This document shows, one piece after another, positions 12,420 through 23,200 of a stretch of 64,000 nucleotides of DNA (positions are counted from its first letter, which is position 1; each line of letters opens with the position of its first letter). This DNA is from Eledone cirrhosa (taxonomy: Eukaryota): assembly GCA_964016885.1 (NCBI GenBank), contig OZ024740.1:326492001-326556000 (forward strand), given 5' to 3'. Below the pieces are notes generated by a model. It had not been told where the DNA came from. It searched no databases and saw only the letters and a list, made by a program, of their open reading frames with translations. Both the position numbers and the translations under genes were made by a program.

Positions 12420-13026
12420 GCTCACACTATAAAGTGGTTGTGTTGGTGTCATGACAAAAGCACTTAGCCCATACTGTAAAGTGGTCATGTAGGTGTCACA
12501 ACAAAAAGCACCCAGCCCACACTGTAAAGTGGTCATGTTGGTGTCATGACAAAAAGCACCCAGCCCATACTGTAAAGTTTTGTAGGTGTCACAACAAAAG
12601 CACTTAGCCCACACTGTAAAGTGGTCATGTCGGTGTCATGACAAAAAGCACCCAGCCTACACTGTAAAGTTGTTGTATAGGAGCCACAACAGAAAGTACT
12701 GAGCCCACACTGTAAAGTTGTTGTGTAGGAGTCACGACAAAAAGCACTCAGCCGACACTGTAAAGTGATCGTGTAGGTGTCATAACTAAAAGCACCCAGC
12801 CCACATTGTAAACTGGTCACGTAGGAGTCACGACAAAAAGTACCCAGCACACACTGTAAATGTGGTTGACGTTAGGAAGGGCATCCAACCGTAGAAACCT
12901 ATCCAGAAATAGTTCTATATGAGTAAGACACGATCACCTGACTCAACTTACCTCAAATGGGACAACCCATCTAACCCATGCTAGCATGGAAAATGGATGT
13001 TAAATGATGATGTTGATGATGATGAT
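12420..13026 (+). mobile_element. RTE 3'UTR-derived element with a ~48-bp unit expanded about 9 times
   Basis: Tandem acactgtaaagtggtcatgtaggtgtcacgacaaaaagcacccagccc units, then the ggaagggcatcc motif, the ccatgctagcatgg hairpin and a (TGA)n tail. Confidence 0.85.
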
Positions 13027-13027
13027 C

Positions 13028-13322
13028 ACTGGGTATAAGAGGAATCATATATAGTGTACAAGAGAGAAGACTGCACTGGTATGGACATGTTATGTGCATG
13101 GATGATGATTGCTGGGTGAAGAATTGGCAAGAAATCTCTGGAATGAGAGCACAACAAAGGAAAACCAAGGTAGACTTGGGTGGAAGTGGTGAGAGCTGAT
13201 CTTGAATCACTGAAGCCCATGGTAGAGATGACAAAGGATTGTGATGAGTGGAGAAATTCTGTACTGAAAAGACCCATTTAACTCATGCAAGCATGGAACA
13301 GCAGACGTAAGATGATGATGAT
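13028..13322 (+). mobile_element. RTE 3' end fragment (short-UTR subfamily)
   Basis: Decayed WYGHVM..DDCWVK coding followed by a (TGA)n tail. Confidence 0.75.
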
Positions 13323-13559
13323 TATTAGTTATAATTTATTATATGACTGACATTTACATCATATCATATTTTCACTTAATATAAATATATACGGGTTCAT
13401 GGATACATGTATACACACGTATATTGATAGATACATAGATATGTATGTATGTATGTTTCTATAGGGAGAGATGACCCCTTAGCCTTTGTCAAGGCAGAAT
13501 TCTAGGAGAAGGAAAACTCTGATATAACACCTGCAACCCTGATGGTATCCAATGATGGT

Positions 13560-13885
13560 GATTTGTTCTTCTTTTTGGTAAATATCATCTTGGTTAAGAG
13601 AGTGGGACTGGCTTTGTGCAGTGCCTTTGCTCACTATAAAAGCTTCACGGCACAGGCATTGCTTTATATCTGGAGATCTCTCTGCACTTGTCGTCACATG
13701 GTACCATGGGCCCAGCACTGTGTCAATAATTGTCACAAGTGTAGTGTTTGTACCAGAGTTTTCAAGTCGCTGGCTGGACTAAAAAGTCGCACTCATTCAG
13801 TGCATCGGTAGGGGTTCCCCTACAGAGATATAAAGTAGTGGCCATACTCGAAAACGAATTGGCAGCCACCATGTATGTATGTATA
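13560..13885 (+). mobile_element. 3' end of a different RTE-like LINE with a C-terminal C2H2-like finger
   Basis: WRSLC...KCSVCTRVFKSLAGLKSRTHSVHR* followed by a short UTR; (ATGT)n on both flanks. Confidence 0.5.
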
Positions 13886-13889
13886 TTTA

Positions 13890-14185
13890 TATCAGGTTGG
13901 TGCAAAAGTAATGTCTGATTTCATTGTCTACATTAAAAATGAAAAAAAAAAACTCATGACTATGAAAATATTTAATCACTAACATAACCTCATTTGATTT
14001 CTAGAACCATTCCATCTGTCAACAAGCTTATAAATGCTATGCTTGTAAAATTCTTTAGGTTTTAATGTAAAATATGAATCCAACTAATTTTCCAGCTCTT
14101 TTCTTGATGTCAACCTAAGACCATCCAAATGGTTTTGTAGTTCCCGAAACAAGAGATAATCAGAAGGAGCAAGGTTAGGAGAATA
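13890..14185 (-). mobile_element. mariner transposon 3' fragment
   Basis: TA plus TIR TCAGGTTGGTGCAAAAGTAAT; minus-strand YSPNLAPSDYLLFRELQNHL...FYKHSIYKLVDRW with an internal stop. Confidence 0.9.
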
Positions 14186-14448
14186 TGTCAGTACATACAT
14201 ATGTGTGTATGTACATACATACATCAGTACATACATACACAGATGTACATACATACATATTTACATATGTATATATATACACACATGTTGGACCTCTGTC
14301 GGTTCTGATGATGAGTATTTCGATTTTTCAATCAACAGAAAATCCTACTTGTGAAACTAACATTGTCTCTCATACACTTTGAACAACAGCTACTGTTCTG
14401 TCTTAAAACAGTCTGTTCAACTGTCATTGATAATTACATTGTTTTCCT

Positions 14449-14665
14449 TTAACCCTTTAGCATTTAAACCGGCCATATCCGGCTACAATTCTCTCACCTC
14501 TTTCTGGTCAAACTGGCCATAACTGGCTGCATACCTTCACCAATGTGAAGGTATTGTCCTCAAAATAAATAACATTATCAAAATTTCGTAGATTCGATAG
14601 TATGTGAGATAAAGGCTGTACTGCAAAAATACAATAATAGAGTAATGTAAATACTGATGGGTTAA
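14449..14665. mobile_element. piggyBac-like MITE (opposite orientation to 7813 and 9017)
   Basis: TTAA-CCCTTTAGCATTTA start; GGG-TTAA end. Confidence 0.85.
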
Positions 14666-15109
14666 TAACACTGCTTACTTCACACATACACACTTCCCTA
14701 CAAACACACATAACATATAGTCAGACCTTATCTCCCTTGGCTCAATCACACATAAATAACATACTATCATCCCTTTTTTTTCTTTTGGCAGTAAAGGACC
14801 TTTTTTTTTTTTTTACTGTAAAAAAAAATCACCATTCCTCAACATCATTTCATGATGTATTCTTCATTGTAAATACTTCTTTTCACTTTTTTTCATCTCT
14901 TCTTTTCTCTGCTTGTCCATGATGAAGGACCACTGATCAAAACATTGAACTCTCTTCAATTTCTTCTTTACAGCATAAAATTAATTACCTTGTACTCCAA
15001 GTTTTTTTTTTGTTTCTGAAACTCATTTTGATATTTCTTTACCACATGCTGATGCACACTTGCATTGTCACTGGATTGAATTTATATTATTACATATGCC
15101 TGTAGATAA

Positions 15110-15248
15110 ATGTGTATGGCCTAATGGTTAGGGTTTTGGGCTCATGATTGTAAGATTGCGGGTTTGATTCTAGGACCAGATGCCACATTGTGTCCTTGAG
15201 CAAGGCACTTAATTTCAAAATTGTTCCAGTCCACTCAACTGAAAATAA
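15110..15248 (+). mobile_element. tRNA-derived CORE-type SINE fragment
   Basis: A-box-like TGGCCTAATGG, B-box-like GGTTTGATTC, CORE-like GTGTCCTTGAGCAAGGCACTT. Confidence 0.65.
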
Positions 15249-15282
15249 TACCAACAGTTAAGGTAATTTTAACAGCATTATA

Positions 15283-15750
15283 GATCCCTGAGCAAAGCAA
15301 TTTATTGGGGCCCCTACATATTCAACCATGGTATACATAGATTAGCATTTGATACACTGAGCAGTTGCAAAGGTTTAAGTATCTATACTTTAAGATAGTA
15401 CAACCAGCATCAGTAGCAGCTGATAGTTTAGACTTTGAAAGACTAGTGACCAGTCTAAGGGGAAATTGCCCCGAGCCCCCTGCATTAGGGGGCCCCACAA
15501 GTGATGGCTGTAGCAATTTATTTGTGCCCTCAGCTTGACCTTTTAGTTTAAGGATGGTTAGAATTTTTGAATTTAGTACTTGTGTGTATAACTTTTCAAT
15601 TCCAATTACTTGCACCAAGCTAACTTTGATATGTAAAATTAGGGGGTTGGGGGGTGGGGACTGTGGTGCTGTGTATTCTAATTTTTTGTGTATGAGGGGG
15701 CCCCCAAACCTGAAGTGACCCGAGCCCCCCAAGGTCTAAATCTAACCTTG
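15283..15750. mobile_element. Probable hAT-type non-autonomous DNA transposon remnant
   Basis: Repeated GGGGCCCC subterminal motifs and a terminal ctaaatctaaccttg. Confidence 0.45.
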
Positions 15751-16049
15751 GATGGCATTGGTGTAATTTGAGGAAAAATGGCTGTTATTTCTAGCAGGTC
15801 AAATGACTACATATAGGCTGTCTCATCATAGTTTACTTATATATATATAAATATATATTTCCTGTCTCTAATTCTGTACTCCCGAAGAAGGGCTAAAGCC
15901 CGACACGTCAAACTTTCTCTATAAAGCGTGAAACTATAAGACTTTTTGTACATGTTTGTTGTCTCCTTGAACTATATATATATATGAAGAAAAAGAAAAA
16001 AATAGGTATATCTTTGTCTATCTTTCTTCTCATTTATAATTTTATATAT

Positions 16050-17882
16050 ATGCTACAAGGGAAAAGGAGATGCACTAGATAGAGGAAACTATAGAGGCAT
16101 TAAATTAATTGACCAGGTCATGAAGGTCACAGAAAAAGTTATAGTGCAACTAATCAGAGAGCAAATTGATCTAGACGAAATGCAGTTTGGGTTTGTGTCA
16201 GGTAAAAGTACCACAGACGCCCTTTTCCTTGTACGACAACTACAGGAGAAGTACTTAGCTAAAAGTAAACCCCTATACTTAGCTTTTGTTGACTTGGAGA
16301 AAGCATTTGACAGTCCCCTGCGCCATTATCTGGTGGGTCCTTAGAAAACTAGGGGTTGATGAATGGCTTGTGAGAGCTATACAAGCCATGTATAAAGAAA
16401 CAGTCAGCAAGGTTAGAATTAACAACGAATATAGTGAAGAATTTAGCGTAAAAGTTGGTGCTTAGACCCCTCCTATTTATTATTGCCCTTCAGGCTATAA
16501 CTGAGGAATTAAAGACCGGCTACCCATGGGAACTTCTCTATGCAGATGATCTAACGCTCATAGCTGAATCGATGGCTGAACTAGAGAAGAAATTCCAACA
16601 TGGAAGCATGGCCTAGAATCAAAATGCCTTAAAGTTAATTTGTCTAAGACTAAAGTTTTATATGTAGGAAGGAAAATAGGGCACAGGTCCCCTCTGGGAA
16701 ATGGCCATGCTCAGTGTGTAGGAAAGGAGTAGGCAGAAATTCCATTTTATGTCCCAAATTCAAAGTATGGGTGCATAAAAGATGTAGTGGGATCACAGGT
16801 AAGCTATCTAAGAATGTAGATTTTATATGTGGCCGGTGCTCAGGTGAAATAAGTAGCAAGTGCCCACAGGATACTAGCTCCTTCTATTGCCTAGATGGCT
16901 CTATAGAAATAGTGGACACCTTCCGTTACCTGGGTGACAAAATCAGCAGTGGTGGAGGGTGCTCTGAAAGTACAGTAGCCAGAGTCAGAACGGGATGGAA
17001 AAAGTTCAGAAAGCTTATACCACTATTGGCCGCTAAAGGTTTCTCTCTAAAAATGAAAGGCAGACTGTATGATGCCTGCATACGAACAGCTATGTTACAT
17101 GGAAGTGAGACATGGGCATTGTGTGCAGAGGATCTGTGAAGACTGGAGAGGAACGAAGCATGCATGCTCCGTTGGATGTGTAATAGTAATATGCGTGAAC
17201 AGCAAAGCATAAATGAACTGAGAAATTAGGTATAAGAGGGATCAGATGCTGTTTACTCGAGAGAAGAGTATGTTGGTATGGTCACGTAATGCGCATGAAA
17301 GCCGACAGCTGTATAAAAAAGTGCATGGCGATCAAAATTGACGGAAGTTATGGAGTAGACAGACCCAGAAAAACCTGGGACGATTTGATAAATTCCGACC
17401 TTACACACTTACACCTCTCTAAGACAATGTCACTGGACCGAGAGCTTTGGCGCTACGCGGTAATACAGAAAACCCGCCTTGCCTAAGTACAAAGCAAAAC
17501 CTACAGCCAGTAGGCACTTCTTAATCAAATATACACCCCCCTCCCACTACCCCAACTCCCCACCTCACCCCCATCAACACCACCCTTTCTCTGTAATGTT
17601 ATGTTGGTACCACAATATCCAGTCTTAAATAAATGAGGTCGTGTAGGTGTCTCGACAAAAAAACATGCAGTCCACGCTGTAATGTAGCCGTGTAGGTAAC
17701 ACGGTAAAAACCTCCCAGTCCACACTGTAAACGTGGTTGGTGTTAGGAAGGGCATCCAGCTGTAGAAAACTTGCCAGACAGTCCTATACGAGCGAGACGA
17801 CTAATCTTGCCTCAAGTGGGACCATTCCCGTCTAAACCCATGCTAGCGTGGAAGATGGACGTTAAATGATGATGATGATGAT
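16050..17882 (+). mobile_element. 5'-truncated degenerate RTE LINE (sense to DEF8)
   Basis: RT and PHD fragments with frameshifts, long 3'UTR, (TGA)n tail, (TA)n on both flanks. Confidence 0.93.
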
Positions 17883-18261
17883 ATATATATATATATATCT
17901 ATCTATATATATGGAGAACTGAAAATCTTAGCTATATTTAGTAACATGTAGACGTAGCAGTAGTAGTTTATCATTTTGTCTAAAAGTGCAGTTGGCCTCT
18001 CTTATATTGTCACTCGAGCCATATATCTGGTTACTCTGTTTGTTATACTTAAATGTTTTAGTGATGAATGTTGTTTAGAAAGCAAAGTCAGATGGTGATG
18101 GTGCTGGTAGTAGTGTTGGTGATAGTGATGTTGTTAGTGATAGTGGTGGTGGTGGTGGTGATAGTGATGGTGGATGTGAAAATGATGTGTGTAGAAATTA
18201 AATAGTTGAAGACAATTTTACTATTTTCAGTTTTCTTTGACACATTGTAAGAGAGAAGGAG

Positions 18262-18642
18262 ATACATACATACATACATACATACATACATACATACATA
18301 CATACATACATACATACATACATACATACATTCATTCATTCATTCATTCATTCATTCATTCATTCATTCATTCATTCATTCATTCATTCATTCATTCATT
18401 CATTCATTCATTCATTCATTCATTCATTCATTCATTCATTCATTCATTCATTCATTCATTCATTCATACATTCATTCATTCATACATACATACATACATA
18501 CATACATACATACATACATACATACATACATACATACATACATACATACATACATACATACATACATACATACATACATACATACATACATACATACATA
18601 CATACATACATACATACATACATACATACATACATACATACA
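18262..18642. repeat. Compound tetranucleotide (TACA)n-(TTCA)n-(TACA)n
   Basis: Direct reading. Confidence 0.97.
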
Positions 18643-19309
18643 TGGAGAGAGAGAGAGATTCATAGACAGAGACAGACCAACAGTCTCAAATCAACAGACA
18701 TGCATACATTTACACATATGCACATATATACAGAGATGCATATCCATGCATACATATATTCATGCACATACACAATCACCCTGGCTAGAATCAGTAAGCA
18801 TTTAAAAGTCTAATTGTGTATGTGTATATGTCTTTTATCTTTTAGTAAAATCAAATCTTATGTAAAAACTTGGAAACAGAAGTGAAAAAAAAATATAAAT
18901 CAAGACATTTTTTACTCTCTCTCTCCACACTGTAAACCTGACATGGCACCCAATACAGTCATTTTTCTCTTATCATATGTAACTTTAGCTATAACGGTCT
19001 CATAATTTCTAATGGAGTCATAGACATCCTGAAGCATGCCTTAAATATTTTAAACTTGGAGCCCCTCCCTCAGTTTCTTCCTTATCTTCCATTTCTCCTT
19101 ATTCATCCTCTCTTCCTTCTTGAGAGAGAATTGACTTTAGTACTTGACTGGTACTTTATGTATCAAACTCAATGATAAAAGGCAAAGTTAATCTAGACAG
19201 CATTTGAACTCAAAGTCCAGTGAACCAGAATAAATTTGGAGTGTTATTTAATCTGATACCTTTATCTATTGTTGCCTTGCTTAATATATATATATATATA
19301 TATATATAT

Positions 19310-19999
19310 AAGTATGTACACATACATACATATATGTATACAGACGTACAGTAGTATGTATATTTATATACATACATGCACACATATATATATGTACGTA
19401 TGGATTCACCGAACATTTATTATAATGCTCGGTGTGTTTGTAAACAAACATCCCACATTAAGCCGTAGTGTCCAGCAACCATCGTTGCTCATTTGTTCAA
19501 CACTGACAAAGGAACGCTGTACTAGTTTCAAGCTTATTAGCTATCGTCAGCAACGTATACCTTCCTGCCAGATTGTTGAACGTATATACTTACCTTATGC
19601 ATATTAACGGCTGAGTAGCCCAATTTGCATATCGAGTGGGTTAATCGGCCGGGTGCACCGAAAACGATAAACGGAAAAATGAAACGAAATTTCATTTCCC
19701 ACTCTTAGTACGGCTGTTACTTAAATATAAGTATGTACACGTACATACATATATGTATACAGACGTACAGTAATATGTATATATATATATATACATGCAC
19801 ACATATATATATGTACGTATGGATTCACCGAACATTTCATACGTACATATATATATGTGTGCATGTATGTATATAAATATACATACTACTGTACGTCTGT
19901 ATACATATATGTATGTACGTGTACATACTTATAAGTATATTTAAGTAACAGCCGTACTAAGAGTGGGAAATGAAATTTCGTTTCATTTTTTCCATTTAT
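19310..19999 (-). mobile_element. Penelope pLTR / retrozyme-like element: ~419-bp unit, partial tandem copy and inverted segment, between (TA)n tracts
   Basis: 19310-19418 repeats at 19729-19837; 19838-19999 is the reverse complement of ~19667-19821; contains a hammerhead. Confidence 0.7.
19514..19556 (-). ncRNA. Minimal type I hammerhead ribozyme
   Basis: Minus strand reads ACGTTG-CTGACGA-tAGCtaataaGCTt-GAAA-CTAGTA-CAGCGT: stem I 6 bp, palindromic stem III, GUA cleavage triplet. Confidence 0.8.
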
Positions 20000-20088
20000 A
20001 TATATATATATATATATATATAGATATATGTATGTAGATTTAACACTTCACTGCTCGCAAGTGTTTTTTAAGCTTCATATGTCTCCCT

Positions 20089-20157
20089 ATTTTATCTGAT
20101 GAGAACACAAATATCATCTCATGATGATATTTGTTTTTGAAATGCGCATAATAAAAT
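20089..20157 (+). ncRNA. Type I hammerhead ribozyme with long stem II
   Basis: ATTTTAT-CTGATGA-[16-bp stem, 1 mismatch, tcat loop]-GAAA-TGCGCATA-ATAAAAT: 7-bp stem I, palindromic stem III, AUA triplet. Confidence 0.75.
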
Positions 20158-20200
20158 ACATGGAACTCTTTTAACCATCTTTTGATCTTATATATATATA

Positions 20201-23200
20201 CATCATCATCATCATCATCATCAACGTTTAACGTCCGTGTTCCACGCTTGCATGGGTTTGGACGGGGTTAGTCCCACTTGAGGCAAGAGTGATTGTCTTG
20301 CTCGCATAGGACTGTCTGGCAGGTTTTCTACAGTTGGATGCCCTTCCTAACACCAACCACATTTACAGTGTGGGTCTGGGAGGTTTTTACCGTGTTGCCT
20401 ACACGGCCACATTACAGCGTGGACTGTGTGTTTTTTTGTCGTGACACCTACACGATCTCATTTGTTTCGGCCTCGATGGCGCGGCACCAACATAACTTTA
20501 CATAGAACGGGGTGGTGTGGATGGGGTGGGGGTGGTGGTGGTGGGACGGGCTGTATTTTGTTAGAGATGCCTACTGGCTGGAGTAGGTTTTACTATATAT
20601 TTAGGTAAGGCGGGTCTTCTCTGTTACTGAGTACCGCCAAAGGTCTCGGTCCAGTGACATTGTCTTGGAGAGGTGTAAGTGTGTGATGTCGGAGTTTATC
20701 AGCTCGTCCCAGGTTTTTCTAGGTCTGCCTATTCCGTGACTACCGTCTATCTTTATTGCCCTGCACTTTGTTATACAGCTATCGACTTTCATGCGCATCA
20801 CGTGTCCATACCAACGTAGCCTTCTCTCGAGTAAACAACATCTGATCCCTCTTATCTCTAATTTTTTCCTTAGTTCGTTTATGCTTTGCCGTTCACGTAT
20901 ATTACTGTTACACATCCAGCGGAGCATGCAAGCTTCGTTCCTCTCTAGTCTGCGTATATCCTCTGCACACAATGCCCAGGTCTCACTGCCATGCAGCATT
21001 GCTGTTCGTATGCAGGCATCGTACAACCTGCCTTTCATTTTTAGGGAGAACCCTTTAGCAGCTAATAGTGGTATAAGCTCTCTGAACTTTTTCCAACCAG
21101 TTCTGACTCTAGCTACAGTACTTTCAGAGCACCCTCCCCCACTGCTGATTTTATCGCCCAGGTAACGGAAGCTGTCCACTATTTCTATAGAACCCTCTGC
21201 GCAATTGAAAGAGCTAGTATTTTGTGGGCACTTGCTGCTACTTATTGCACCAGAACACCGGCCACATGTAAAATCTATGTTCTTAGTTAGCTTACCTGTG
21301 ATCCCACTACATCTTTTATGCACCCATACTTTGCATTTAGGACATAAAATGGAGTTTCTACCTACACCTTTCCTACACACCGAGCACGACCATTTCCCAG
21401 AAGGGACCGCCGCCTTGTTTTCTTTCCTACAAACTAGTACTTTGGTCTTAGCCAGGTTAATTTTAAGTCCTTTTGACTCTAGGCCGTGCTTCCATGTTTG
21501 GAATTTCTTCTCTAGCTCGGCCATTGATTCCGCTATGAGTGTCAGGTCGTCTGCGTATAGGAGTTCCCATGGGCAGCCTGTCTTGAACTCCTCTGTTATA
21601 GCCTGAAGGGCAATAATAAATAGTAGGGGACTGAGAACAGAGCCCTGATGGACGCCAACTTTTACGCTAAACTCTTCACTATATTCGTTGTTAATTCTAA
21701 CCTTGCTGACTGTTTCTTTGTACATGGCTTGTATAGCCCTCACAAGCCATTCGTCAACGCCTAGTTTTCTAAGAGCCCGCCAGATAATGGAGCGGGGGAC
21801 TCTGTCGAAGGCTTTCTCCAAGTCGACAAAAGCTAAGTAGAGGGGTTTACCTTTAGCTAGGTACTTCTCCTGTAGTTGTCGTACTATGAAAAGAGCGTCT
21901 GTGGTACTTTTGCCTGACACAAACCCGAACTGCATTTCATCTAGGTCAATTCTCTCTCTGATTAGTTGCGCTATTATTTATTCCGTGACCTTCATGACCT
22001 GGTCGATTAATTTAATGCCTCTATAGTTACTCCTATCTAGGGCGTCTCCTTTACCCTTATAACAGTTAACGATGATGCTGCTATGCCAGTCCTTCGGAAC
22101 AACCCCATTCTGTACGACTTGGTTAACTATGCGGGTGACCATGGTGTGTCCCACCGTGCCAGATGCCTTCAGCATCTCAGCAACTATTTCCGAAGGCCCA
22201 GCCGCCTTACCCATCTTCATATCCTTGATTGCCTTACTTATTATACTCCCCTCGACTAACACTGCTGGTCCCTCTATTGGGTCGATATGGGGGAGACTGT
22301 CTTTCTCCCATTTATTCTCCTCATTTAGTAGCCTTTCATAGTGACACTTCCAAGCTACCTTCTTATCAGCGTCGGTGATGGCAAGTGTGCCATCGTCGTT
22401 TAGTACACGCTTCTCCCCGACAATATCACGGTTTTCCTTGACGCATTGCCTAGCAATCCTGAACACCTCACGTTTTCGGTCATCGCGTTGTAGAACATGC
22501 TTGAACTTTCTTTCCTCAGCTTCCCTTCTTGCTAAGTACACTTGTCTCCTAGCTTCCCTCCTGGCCACTTGATAGTCTTCTCTACTTCCCCCATCCCGCC
22601 ATACTTTCCAAGCCTGCTTTTTGGTCTTAATTGACCCCTCCACCTTACTGTTCCACCACCATGTTACTCTCCTCCTGCCTACAGGCCTGCTCCAGCCACA
22701 GACTTCGTCTGTCGCCAACAGCAGGTTTGCTTTCAGAAATTCCCACTCTCCCTCTATATTGTCCGACTCTAAATGTTCTTCCTTAATGGGGTTATGTTAG
22801 CCGTCCACGGTCGAAACAATGAGNNNNNNNNNNNNNNNNNNNNNNNNNNNNNNNNNNNNNNNNNNNNNNNNNNNNNNNNNNNNNNNNNNNNNNNNNNNNN
22901 NNNNNNNNNNNNNNNNNNNNNNNNNNNNNNNNNNNNNNNNNNNNNNNNNNNNNNNNNNNNNNNNNNNNNNNNNNNNNNNNNNNNNNNNNNNNNNNNNNNN
23001 NNNNNNNNNNNNNNNNNNNNNNNTAGAACATGCTTGAACTTTCTTTCCTCAGCTTCCCTTCTTGCTAAGTACACTTGTCTCCTAGCTTCCCTCCTGGCCA
23101 CTTGATAGTCTTCTCTACTTCCCCCATCCTGCCATACTTTCCAAGCCTGCTTTTTGGCCTTAATTGACCCCTCCACCTTACTGTTCCACCACCATGTTAC

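Noticed and set aside
12420-12870. CRISPR-like regular array
   Set aside because: Contiguous tandem units with no unique spacers, eukaryotic context, derived from a LINE UTR.
14300-14362. CTGATGA...GAAAC hammerhead-like match
   Set aside because: Stem II is poor and there is no convincing stem III or cleavage triplet.
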